Shown one piece after another: positions 11,790 to 22,741 of a stretch of DNA of 64,000 nucleotides; position 1 is the stretch's first letter, and every line of letters starts with the position of its first letter. The translations under genes and the position numbers were made by a program. The DNA is from Squalus acanthias (lineage: Eukaryota): NCBI GenBank assembly GCA_030390025.1, contig CM059443.1:55490001-55554000 (forward strand). The letters run 5' to 3'. The notes under the pieces were generated by a model. That model was not told the DNA's origin, did no database searches, and saw nothing but the letters and a program-made list of their open reading frames with translations.

Positions 11790-12214
11790 ACGCCTCAATT
11801 TAAAAATTCTCATCCTTGTTTTCAAATCCCTCCATGGCCTCGCCCCTCCCGATCTCTGTAATCTCCTTCAGCTACACAACCCCCACCCCCCCCCCCCCCC
11901 GAGATATCTGCGCTCCTCTAATTCTGGCCTGTTGCGCATCCCCGATTTTAATCGCCCAACCTTTGGTGGCCGTGCCTTCAGCTGCCTGGGCCCTAAGCTC
12001 TGGAATTCCCTGCCTAAACCTCTCTGCCTCACTACCTCTCTTTCCTCCTTTTAAGACGCTCCTTATAACCTACCTCTTTGACCAAGCTTTTGGGCACCTG
12101 TCCTATTGTCTCATTCTTTGCCTCCGTGTCAGTTCTCTTTGTCTAATTACTCTCCTGTGAAGCGCCTTGGGATATTTTAGTATGTTAAAGGCGCTGTATA
12201 AATGCAAGTTGTTT
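11790..12214 (+). mobile_element. L2 LINE 3' end, starting about 50 nt after the IgV donor
   Basis: FKILILVFKSLHGLAP...PKLWNSLPKPL-type ORF2 end and the L2 tail GGCGCTGTATAAATGCAAGTTG. Confidence 0.85.
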
Positions 12215-12552
12215 TTGCCATCGGGCCATCCTATACCACAGCGTTGATACCTTGCCTTATCAAGGGTAGGAGAAGGAGCAACAAATGACATGGTAGATGG
12301 CAATTTTTTGGCAGCTATATGAAGGTTATACTTTAATTTGCCCAACCCTGACTTTCCTCCATCCTTCCTTCTTCCCTCACTCTTCCTCCGCTCTCCACCC
12401 ACCCCCCCCGCCAAAAAAAAACTCCACTGGTGGATTATGTGGTACTCGGAAGATTGAAAAACAAATGAAGTAATTAGGATTAAAATTTAAATCCATGTTC
12501 CCGTTAGTTTGCAGATAGTTCAATTTGCTAACAGACCTTGATGCTCTAATTT

Positions 12553-13018
12553 GTCAGCCGTGGCTCAGTGGGTAGCCCTCTCGCCTCTGAGTCAGAAGGT
12601 TGTGGGTTCAAGTCCCACTCCATGAGACTTGAGCACAAAATCTAGGCTGACGCTCCCAGTGCGGTGCTGAGGGAGTGCTGCACTGTCGGAGGTGCATCTT
12701 TCAGATGAGACGTTAAGCCGAGGCCCCGTCTGCTCTCTCAGGTGGACGTTAAAAGATCCCATGGCATTATTTTGAAGAAGAGCAGATGAGTTATCCCTGG
12801 TGTCCCGGCCAATGTTTATCCCCCCACCAACATCACTAAAAAATGAATATCTGGTCATTATCACATTGCTGTTTGTGGGAGCTTGCTGTGCGCAAAGTGG
12901 CTGCCTCGTTTCCTACATTACAACAGCGACTACACTTCAAAAAGTACTTCAGTGACTGTAAAGCACTTTGGGACATCCTGAGGTCGTGAAAGACGCTATA
13001 TAAATGCAAGTCTTTCTT
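12553..13018 (+). mobile_element. SacSINE1-like Deu-SINE in the IgV-IgC intron
   Basis: Full-length copy of the family. Confidence 0.88.
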
Positions 13019-13308
13019 TAATTATGGGATTTATCTACTAGTTGGGAAACAGGATTAAAAACAGCCGTTTTGCAAACTTCTAGGCCCCCAACATTGAAAG
13101 AGGACAAACCAGCAAATAAGAAATAGTGAAAATAGGACCGAGTTGCCTGGGCTTCAAGAGCCCGATTGCCAGGGACTGTGACTCATAGGCTGAATGCTCT
13201 TGTGCAAAAGACATTGGTGGAGTTGTAAAGTTCTCACAGAGCAAACCATGCTGACGTGTTAGGAGCTCCGTTTGCATTGCTGATGTGCTGATGCTTCTAT
13301 CGTTTCAG

Positions 13309-13605
13309 CTTCTTACTCCAAGCCCAACCTGCACCTGGAGCCCAACAAGAACTTGAAGCCTGGCGATGAGGTGGCCATCGCTTGCCATTCTTCAGGGGGT
13401 TACCCGCAGGCCACCGTCCAGTGGCACGACGGGAAAGGAAGCAACATCACCGAGAACATCACCACCTCGCAGGTGGCCAACGAGAAGGGCCTGTTCGACG
13501 TCCGTAGCGTGATCCGTGTGACGCTGGAGCCGAACAGCACGTACAGTTGTATGGTGAGGAACGAACTACTGAACGAGGAGACCCAGGCCTTGGCGACCAT
13601 TACAG
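13309..13605 (+). CDS. CD276: CD276/B7-H3 IgC-domain exon (297 nt, phase 1-1)
   Basis: Acceptor cgtttcAG at 13307-08 and donor G|GTCAGT at 13606, in frame with the IgV exon. Translates ASYSKPNLHLEPNKNLKPGDEVAIACHSSGGYPQATVQWHDGKG...TTSQVANEKGLFDVRSVIRVTLEPNSTYSCMVRNELL, matching human [20 protein letters not shown]...TTSQMANEQGLFDVHS...NGTYSCLVRNPVL. Confidence 0.96.
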
Positions 13606-14099
13606 GTCAGTCCCGCATCACTGTTGGCAATTTGAGGCCTGCACTGCTTTGATATATGAGAGAACATTGTAACAGCATAACTTTTCAAAGCATCCCCCTC
13701 CAATTACTGTGTGCTGCCTCAAAGGAGTTGAGAAGTGTTTCAAGCATCTATTCTTTTCATTCTGCTGTGTAAGGGAACCAGAGGAAAGCCGCTCAACATC
13801 ACAATAGGATATCGGGAAGATTTGTTTGGAAATTTTGGATGGACAATTTTTCTTTTCTTTAGGGGGGAATTGTACATCTTTCACCCTTTCCAATTCTGGA
13901 GCAATTTAAGCCTGTTATAGACATAGAAAATGACAAAAGTGTCCAGCACGTCTGGCAGTATCTGGAAGAGAGAGATTGGGTAATGCTTTAAATACGACCC
14001 TGCATCAGAACGATTGATCTGTTCAACTTGAGCCTGTTTTTGTTTACGGGTAGTTATGATTTTTTTCTACTGCGTGAGGACAATGAGGTTGGTCTGTTT

Positions 14100-14842
14100 T
14101 TTTAAATTCATTTTTATGGGTTGTGGGCGTCGCTGGCAAGGCCGGCATTTATTGCCCATCCCTAGTTGCCCTTGAGAAGGTGGTGGTGAGCCGCCTTCTT
14201 GAACCACTGCAGTCCGTGTGGTGAAGGTGCTCCCACAGTGCTGTTAGGGAGGGAGTTCCAGGATTTTGACCCAGCGACGATGAAGGATCGCCGATATATT
14301 TCTAAGTCAGGATGGTGTGTGACTTGGAGGGGAACTTGGAGGTGGTGGTGTTCCCATGCGCCTGCTGCCCTTGTCCTTCTAGGTTGAAGAGGTCGCGGGT
14401 TTGGGAGGTGTTGTCGAAGAAGCCTTGGCGAGTTGCTGCAGTGCATCTTGTAGATGGTACACACTTGCAGCCACGGTGCGCCGGTGGTGGAGGGAGTGGA
14501 TGTTTAAGGTGGTAGAGGGGGTGCCAATCAAGCGGGCTGCTTTGTCCTGGATGGTGTCGAGCCTCTTGAGTGTTGTTGGAGCTGCACTCATCCAGGCAAG
14601 TGGAGAGTATTCCATCACACTCCTTACTTGTGCCTTGTAGATGGTAGAAAGGCTTTGGGGAGTCAGGAGGTGAGACACTCGCCGCAGAATACCTAGCCTC
14701 TGACCTGCTCTTGTTGCCACAGTATTTATGTGGCTGGTCCAGTTAAGTTTCTGGTCAATGGTGACCCCCAGGATGTTGATGGTGGGGGATTCGGTGATGG
14801 TAATGGCATTGAATGTCAAGGGGCGGTGTTTAGACTCTCGCT
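14100..14842 (-). mobile_element. Second CR1-group LINE family, 3' end
   Basis: Minus-strand NILGVTIDQKLNWTSHINTVATRAGQRLGILRRV...IYKAQVRSVMEYSPLAW; other copies at 21110-21738 and 60050-60740. Confidence 0.85.
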
Positions 14843-14879
14843 TGTTGTAAAAGAGTTGAATAGAATTACTGCACTCCAC

Positions 14880-15200
14880 GACATAGAGTAAATAAGGAGA
14901 AACTGTTTCCACTGGCAGGAGGGTGGCTAACCAGAGGACGCAGCTTTCAAGTAATTGGCAAAAGAATCAGAGGGGGGAGATGAGTTTTTTTTACGCAGCG
15001 AGTTATGATCTGGAACGCGCTGCCTGAAAGGGAGGTGGAAGCAGATTCAATAGTAACTTTCAAAAGAGAATTGGATATATACTTGAAAAGGAGAAATTTG
15101 CAGGGGAAAGAGCAGGGAAGTGGGACTAATTGGACAGCTCTTCAAAGAGCCGGCACAGGCACGATGGGCCGAATGGCCTCTTTCTGTGCTGTAAGATTCA
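14880..15200 (+). mobile_element. CR1 3' end
   Basis: WNALPEREVEADSIVTFKRELD followed by a CR1 3'UTR. Confidence 0.8.
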
Positions 15201-17008
15201 ATATTAAAGTGGCAGGGCTGGATATCTATACACTTCATTACAAAATCCTCATCCCACAGGTCTTCCTAATTCAGTCACACTTGAGTCAGTTGGCTGATTA
15301 ACAGAAGAGATTCTTCAATTTCTATTGGGTACAGTTAAGGCTACCTTAACTTAACAGTTGGAAGCTTTTACCAATTAATTTGGAACAAAAGGAATTGCGC
15401 CAGCAGCTCAATGTTTGTCCAGCAATTGCGATTTTCCTCGATTTATTGGATTTTGAAAATAGCATTTAACTTTCTGTTAGTCCAATAAAAGCTATTTCAC
15501 TATGTCTTTCCAAATGAGGCTAAAAATACAGAAGGAATATAAAACCATCTTTAAGATATGATTAAATAGCAAGATTGCACTGCAGTGTGTTTGTACCGGC
15601 CTTGTCAGATTGAGGTTAAATTGAAGGATTGACAGATTTAACCTTCAGGTTAATTTGTCAATCATTCATCTTGTCCTTGATTTAGTAAGACAAGCGCCTA
15701 TGTGTGCCCATTATTGGTTAAGTGCGTGACCTCCCTAACATTAAATGTCATTGACTTGCCAAGTATTAAATAAGAGAAGCTGACAGTGATATATTAGCAT
15801 TTGCATTCTGGTAAACTTGAATCTCAATGAGAAGATTTAAATACCCGACTGGAACCTGTTCCAGAAGTCACCTTTCAGTAGAAGCCACGCTTTTATTCCT
15901 GTCTTTGTACTGTTAATGCGCATGGGGATTAGCAACTAAAGAATACTAGATAAGAATGGAAGTTAAAGAGTAATGCATTTGAGGGGCGCTTGAACATGTC
16001 ACATACACTCCAATTGGCTTGCCTCTGGTTCCCTTACACAGCAGAATGAAACAACAGCTGTCCTTGAGGCAGCAACAGGTGGGACATGAAGGTCCACTCA
16101 CCAATCACCATGTGGAGAAGGGCAATGAGGGTAGGCTTCAAGAGTGGAGACCACATTGTAATATTTTAATTCCAAGATAGAAAAGGGAAGGGAAACATAG
16201 AAACATAGAAAAATAGGAGCAGGAGTAGGCCATTCGGCCCTTCGAGCCTGCTCCACCATTCAATATGATCATGGCTGATCCTCTATCTCAATACCATATT
16301 CCCGCTCTCTCCCCATACCCCTTGATGCCTTTTGTGTCTAGAAATCTATCTATTTCAACCATATTTGGAAGGGTCCCAGATATGGTTGAAATCGCAGCTA
16401 GGTTCTCTAGAGCCTTGTATCTTCTGGGACCTGGAGAGGGCCCTCAAACTCCTCGAAGTACACCTTCAATACCTGGCGGAGGCTTCACCTCCATACCATT
16501 TTTCCTAGACTGGATGATCCGGCTATAAACTTTCTCACACAACCTTTCCTGATTCCTAATTTGCTGCCACAGTGGATACGGAGCTCAGCTTTGGGAGCTG
16601 ACAACGTCACCACTTTTCATTGCACGGCACTGCAGTTGAATGCATCGTACCTCCTTCCTGTTACATTAAGGTCCTGTTGCAAAGCTGAGAATCCTTAGCA
16701 GTCGAGAGTTTCTGTTGGTACCCAAGTGGTGGAGTTCAGAATACAACCACTAAAATAAAACTTTTTTTTTCTTAATGAGCTGCTCAGTTTCGTAACTCTC
16801 CTGGTATTCGTCTTTGAGATAATGTCCCCTGGTATGCGTTCTTTTTCAAGTCTAATGTCCAAAATTAACTGCTCTGAACGGCAAAATATCCATTCATGTG
16901 ACCCACTTTCCTTTGCCATGCAATCCTCACACATAACGTTTGCAGTCTAATAATCCAAAGCTACTGCCTTGAGGATGACCAGAGAAAGTTATAGATGCTC
17001 GGCTCATT

Positions 17009-17772
17009 GGCCCAGAAATTCGGCTCCCTGGCTTCCCGTGGGTGCAAGGATCCTGCATGCACCTACCTACCGCGCCTGCCGTTGACCTCTGGGCCCACGG
17101 GGACTTCAGCTCCTGGGCCTGCTCCGAGTGCCGGCACGCAGTGCTTGTGTGTCCCAGGGGCGTAGTTAGTGCGATGTGTCCCCTGGGATCACGTGGGCCA
17201 TGGAGAGCCAATGGCAGCAGACCTTCTTTCATTCATAGATTTGACAGGAAGACCTGTCAATTCTATGAATTGAAATCGGCCCCAAAACAACACCTAAACT
17301 TCAAATAAATTTTAAAAAAAACATCACATTTTTAAAATAACTATAAGTTAAATAAATTAACTACTTTAAACAAAAATTTAAATTTTTGAAAAAATTAAAA
17401 TACTTTTTAACAGTGCTAAAAATAAACTTATCTTTTTTAAAGTATCTAAAAAAGATAAACCTGTTGAAAATTTTTAAAATTATAATTAATTAATCACTTA
17501 CCTTGTTGAAAACGGGTCCTTGCGCCTCCTTTTTAAAAGCGCAGCTTCTTCAATATTTACCCTCCCGGAGAAACCTGAAAAAAAACCTAAGTTTGCTGCG
17601 TGCGCGCAGCCTCTACCGCGCACGCGGTTCACCTCTGAACCGCTCCCTTCACCAGACCGGAAGTTCCGGTTTCCCGCGCATGCGCAATGCATGCAGGAAA
17701 CCGGCACTTCAGGAGGCCTTACGGGTGAGTACGCGCTGTGTACTCACCCGGCAAGTGCCGAATTTTTGGCCC
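17009..17772 (+). mobile_element. Harbinger-type MITE, family A copy 2
   Basis: TIRs GGCCCAGAAATTCGG / CCGAATTTTTGGCCC; TSD ATT/ATT. Confidence 0.88.
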
Positions 17773-18053
17773 ATTATTGCAGACTGGAAGTCACCTTGGA
17801 GCTGAAGGGGGTGGGGGGGGAAAGTTCCAGTGTTCTTGCCAAAACATGCAATCAGCGGTATTACCCTACAGCCATCCAGGAGCACAGTGGATTGCCAGCC
17901 AGAAGTGGGCACCTCAGCAGAGGCTTGACATCAGAGCGCCGTGGGTTTTGGTCATAACTGCAACGCATCGTCACACCCTGACTGAGGTTCCACCCTAAAG
18001 ACTGCCGTCTTGCTGTTGTGTAAAAGATTCAAAACACATTTTTACAGCACTGT

Positions 18054-18157
18054 CTCTGGTGTCTATGTGTTAATGACGTCGTAAACACAGTGGGAAGATT
18101 CCCTCTGGTTGCTATGTGTTGGTGACATCGTAAACACAGTGAGAAGTTTCCCTCTGG
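18054..18157. repeat. 49-bp tandem repeat (about 2.1 units)
   Basis: CTCTGG recurs at 18054, 18103 and 18152, and the units align along their length. Confidence 0.85.
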
Positions 18158-18477
18158 CTCTCACGATTTTGACTAGAAATAGTCAACCTTAAGGAGTCTT
18201 TTATACTATCCTAATGACCTCACTATCCTACAGCGACCAAAGGAGTCTTTCCCTCCTGTTAACAGATGTAACAGAACAGAAATTGTTCCCATTTACAAGA
18301 GCTGATTTTCCCGAGTTAGTGCTGCTGGTGGGATCCTTGCCAACTGGCTATGTATCTCAGGAAATTACAGATTTACAAACATCTGGCAATATTAAATTCA
18401 AATAAGTTTATTAGGAAGGCAGCACCCATTCACAATGCAAGTTCCAACATCAAACTATTGTTTGCACTAGTTGCGCT

Positions 18478-20030
18478 AAATCTATTTAAAAACTAGTTCG
18501 GTCCCAGCTGGAGTATTGTGTCCAATTCTGGGAAGGACGTGAAGGCTTTGGAGAGGGTACAGAAGAGATTTACTCGAACGGTTCCAGAGATGAGGGATTA
18601 CAGTTACGTAGATAGACTAGAGAAGCTGGGGTTGTTGTCCTTACAGCAGAGAAGGCTAAGAGGAGATTTGATAGAGGCGTTTACAATCATGAAGGATTTA
18701 GATAGAGTAAAGAAAGAGAAACTGCTTCCAATGGCTGAGGGGTCGATAACCAGAGGACACAAATTTAAGGTGATTGGCAAAAGAACCAGAGGCGACATGA
18801 GGGAAAACTTTTTTTACGCAACGAGTGGTTAGGATTTGGAACACACTGCCTGATAGGGCGGCGGATACAGATTCAATAGCAGCCTTCAAAAGGGAATTGG
18901 ATAAAGAAGGTAAGAGCCCATGGGATCCAGGGCAATTTGGCACATTGGATCCAAAATTGGCTTAGTGGCAGGAGGCAGAGGGTGATGGTCGAAGGTTGTT
19001 TTTGTGACTGGAAGCCTGTGTCCAGTGGTGTACCGCAGGGATCGGTGCTGGGTCCTTTGCTGTTTGTAGTGTACATTAATGATTTAGATATGAATGTAGG
19101 AGGTATGATCAGTAAGTTCGCAGATGACACGAAAATTGGTGGAGTGGTAAATAGCGAGGAGGGAAGCCTCAGGCTACAGGACGATATAGACGGGTTGGTT
19201 AGATGGGCAGAACAGTGGCAAATGGAATTTAACCCTGAAAAGTGTGAGGTGATGCATTTTGGGAGGACTAACAAGGCAAGGGAATACACAATGAATGGTA
19301 GGACCCTAGGAAGGACAGGATCAGAGGGACGTTGGTGTGCATGTACATAGATCCCTGAAGGCAGCAGGACAGGTAGATAAGATGGTTAAAAAGGCATATG
19401 GGATACTTGCCTTCATTAGCCGAGGCATAGAATATAAGAGCAGGGAGGTTATGATGGAGCTGTACAAAACGCTAGTTAGGCCACAGCTGGAATACTGTCT
19501 GCAGTTCTGGTCACCACACTATAGGAAGGATATATTGGCCTTGGAGGGAGTGCAGCATAGGTTTACCAGAATGATACCCAGACTTCAAGGGTTAAATTAC
19601 GAGGAGAGATTACTCAATTTAGGGTTGTATTCCGTAGAATTTAGAAGATTAAGGGGTGATCTGATCGAAGTTTTCAAGATATTAAGGGGAACTGGTAGGG
19701 TAGATAGAGAGAAACTATTTCCGCTGGTTGGGGATTTTAGAACAGGGGCATAGTCTAAAAATTAGAGCCAGACCTTTCAGGAGTGAAATTAGGAAACACT
19801 TCTACACACAAAGGGTGGTAGAAGTTTGAATTCTCTTCTGCAAACGGCAATTGATTATAGATCAATTGTTAATTTTAAATCGGAGATTGATAGCTTTCTG
19901 TTAACCAAAGGTAATAAGGGATATGGGCCAAAGGCGGATATATGGAGTTAGGTCACAGATCAACCATGATCTCATTGAATGGCGGAACAGGCTCGAAGGG
20001 CTGAATGGCCTCCTCCTGTTCCTGTGTTCC
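18478..20030 (+). mobile_element. Composite of CR1 fragments from three subfamilies
   Basis: ORFs 18518-18832, 18937-19350 (PQGSVLGP, FADD) and 19337-19753; the CR1 3'UTR ends at about 20030. Confidence 0.92.
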
Positions 20031-20125
20031 TATGTTATTAATTAGGCAGTTTACCCTGTTTGAATTTTGTGGGCCTGGATGTTTGAACAGGGCTGTTCTT
20101 AGCATTGTTGTCTTGGAGGTGGATG

Positions 20126-20500
20126 ACAACAACAACAACAACTTGCATTTATATAGCACCTTTAACGTAGAAAAACGTCCCAATGCGTTTCACCGGAGCG
20201 TTATCGAACAAAGTTTGACACTGAGCCACATAAGGAGGTAATCGGACATGTGACTAAAAGTTTGGTCAAAGTTTTAAGAGCGTCCTAAAGGAGAAGAAAG
20301 AGGCGGAGAGGTTTAGGGAGGGAATTCCAGAGCTTGAGGCCCTAGGCAGCTGAAGACATGCCCGCCAATGGTGGAGCGACTAAAATCGAGGATGCGCAAG
20401 AGGCCAGAATTGGAGGAGCGCAGATATCTCGGAGGGTTGTAGGGCTGGAGGAAGTTACAGAGATAGGGAGGGGGTGAGGCCATGGAAAAACTCGAGGGAT
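20126..20500 (-). mobile_element. L2 LINE 3' end
   Basis: Reverse complement of the 11790 family, with an (AAC)n tail. Confidence 0.82.
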
Positions 20501-20708
20501 GGACAAATAAATACCCGTCTTGGCCACATCCCGAGAAAACAAGATTATGAGTTAGAACAGCAGCATGAGCTGCATGCAAATTAACAAGATTATAGATCTA
20601 AACTCTATGTGGCTCTTGAATCTCCATGGCACATATGTATGCAACCCATGAAGGTGAGGCTTGGAACCACTGCTATAATACTACACTATTGTAGAAATTA
20701 CATATATT

Positions 20709-21104
20709 GGCCCAGATATTCCGATCGCAGGCCTCCCGCGGGCGGAGGCCTGCGATCTGGAAAAATCTGCGCCCTCACCTGAGGGCTCCCAGGAGGCGCA
20801 CAGTTCCGATCCTGGGCCTCTCCAAACTTGAAGTGTGCAGGGCCCACGTATCCCAGGGGCGCAGGTAGTTCACAGCTTCCCTGGGATCACATGGGCCATG
20901 GGGAGCCAATCAGAGAAGGGAATCTCCCTTCATACGTTTGACAGGAAGACCTGTCAAATATATGAATGGAGATCAATGAAAAAATATAGTAAAACTTCAA
21001 ATACATTAAAAAAAAAATCACGTTTTTAAAATGACTTGAAACTACAATAAATTAACTATTTTAAACAACGTGTACCCACCCGTAGGGATCGGAATATCCG
21101 GCCC
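20709..21104 (+). mobile_element. Harbinger-type MITE, family C (internally deleted)
   Basis: TIRs GGCCCAGATATTCCGATC / GATCGGAATATCCGGCCC; TSD ATT/ATT. Confidence 0.85.
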
Positions 21105-21109
21105 ATTAT

Positions 21110-21738
21110 TTTTATTTGTTCTTGGCATGTGGGCATTGCTGGCAAGGCTAGTCTTTATTGCCCATCCCTAGTTACCCTTCAGAAGATAGTGAACCTTCCT
21201 GAACTGCTGCAGTCTGTGTGGTGAAAGTGCTCCCATGGTGTTGTAAGGCCAGGAGTTCCAGGATTTTCACCCAGCGACGATGAAGGAATGGCGATATATG
21301 CCCAAGTTGGGATGGTGTGTGACATGGAGGGGATCTTGCAGGTGGTGGTGTTCCCATGCACCTACTGCCCTCGCCCTTCTAGGTGGTGGAGGTCGCGGGT
21401 TTGGGAGGTGCTGCCGAAGAAGCCTTGGCGAGTTGCTGCAGTGCATCCTGTAGATGGTACACACTGCAGCCACGGTGCGCCGGTGGTGGAGGGAGGGAAT
21501 GTTTAAGCCAAGCGGATGAGGTGCCGATCAAGCCGACTGCTTTGTCCTGTTGGTGTTGAGATGTCGAGCTTTTTGAGTGTTGTTGGAGCTGCACTCATCC
21601 AGGCAAGTGGAGAGTATTCCATCACACTCCTCACTTGTGCCTTGTAGGTGGTGAGTCGGGAGGTGAGCCACTCGCTGCAGAATACACATTCTCTGACCTG
21701 CTCTAGTGGCCACAACATTAACGTGGCTGGTCCAGTTA
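21110..21738 (-). mobile_element. Second CR1-group LINE family, 3' end
   Basis: Homologous to 14100-14842. Confidence 0.85.
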
Positions 21739-22606
21739 GTGTCTTAGTGAGGTTCTGAGAGTCTCCGGATCATTAAATCATCATTTTCCTGTTTTTCTTG
21801 TCTGTTTTTTATGCTAATTTCCATTTTCACAGCAGAGCATAAGTGTGTGAGGAGGAGGTGGTGAAGGAAAGTATTGAACAACCCACCACTCAGTTAAGCA
21901 CACAGGCTGTTCATAACTCCTACATTTGTGAAATGATGGGATGAGATCTTGCACACTGTATTTGTTTTGCCTTTGCCATCCATAGTTGAAAATAATGGAA
22001 TGGAACCATGGCTGCACCTACCATATGATATCAAACCAAGGGGTACACACTGCTGAAATGTGGGACTACTGATGGAAGCCATATGGCCCCTGTCCAGTTT
22101 TTACCTGATCCAGTTCACTGCTTAGATATGTTTCCCTAAACTCCTGGCTATAAAGGGAAGAAGGAAATAAAATTGTTGTTTACTTTTGAGATGTCATAAT
22201 AATGTTACCACCATATATCATGCAGCTAAATATACTTCAGACTGTAGTAAGATTGCTAAGGCCTTCATTAAAATAGCTGACAAAGTAATTTTACATGGAT
22301 GCGTTAGTTATTATTCAGTAAGAGTTGAATCCTTATCTGTCCGATATAGTCTCCCTCACATTCTCTCCCTCTCTGGTGTGTACCCTCCCTTTTTAAAGAT
22401 CATATTTGTAATTTTATTAGACAAAATTCTGTGATGAGACCCTAGGAGAAAAAACTAGGCATGTCACCTATTATCATGATGCGGAGATGCCGGTATTGGA
22501 CTGGGGTGGACAAAAGTGAGAAGTCGCACAACATCAGGTTATAGTCCAACAACTTTATTTGAAATCACAAGCTTTCGGCGCGCTGCTACTTCGTCAGGTG
22601 AAGACT

Positions 22607-22643
22607 TCACCTGACGAAGGAGCAGCGCTCCGAAAGCTTGTGA
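22607..22643 (+). ncRNA. Minimal type I hammerhead ribozyme motif
   Basis: TCAC-CTGACGA-A-GGAGC(AGC)GCTCC-GAA-AGCT-T-GTGA; all helices are intact and helix III (AGCT) is palindromic. Confidence 0.8.
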
Positions 22644-22705
22644 TTTCAAATAAAGCTGAGAAGTCGCACAATACCAGGTTATAGTCCAACAGTTTTATTT
22701 AAAAT

Positions 22706-22741
22706 TACGAGCTTTCAGAGCTGCTGCCCCTTCGTCAGGTA
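22706..22741 (-). ncRNA. Minimal type I hammerhead ribozyme motif (variant)
   Basis: Minus strand TAC-CTGACGA-A-GGGGC(AGCA)GCTCT-GAA-AGCT-C-GTA; helix I covaries (TAC/GTA versus CAC/GTG). Confidence 0.72.

Noticed and set aside
18054-18157. Regularly spaced repeats suggestive of a CRISPR array
   Set aside because: The whole unit is duplicated with no unique spacers; the context is vertebrate and there are no cas genes.
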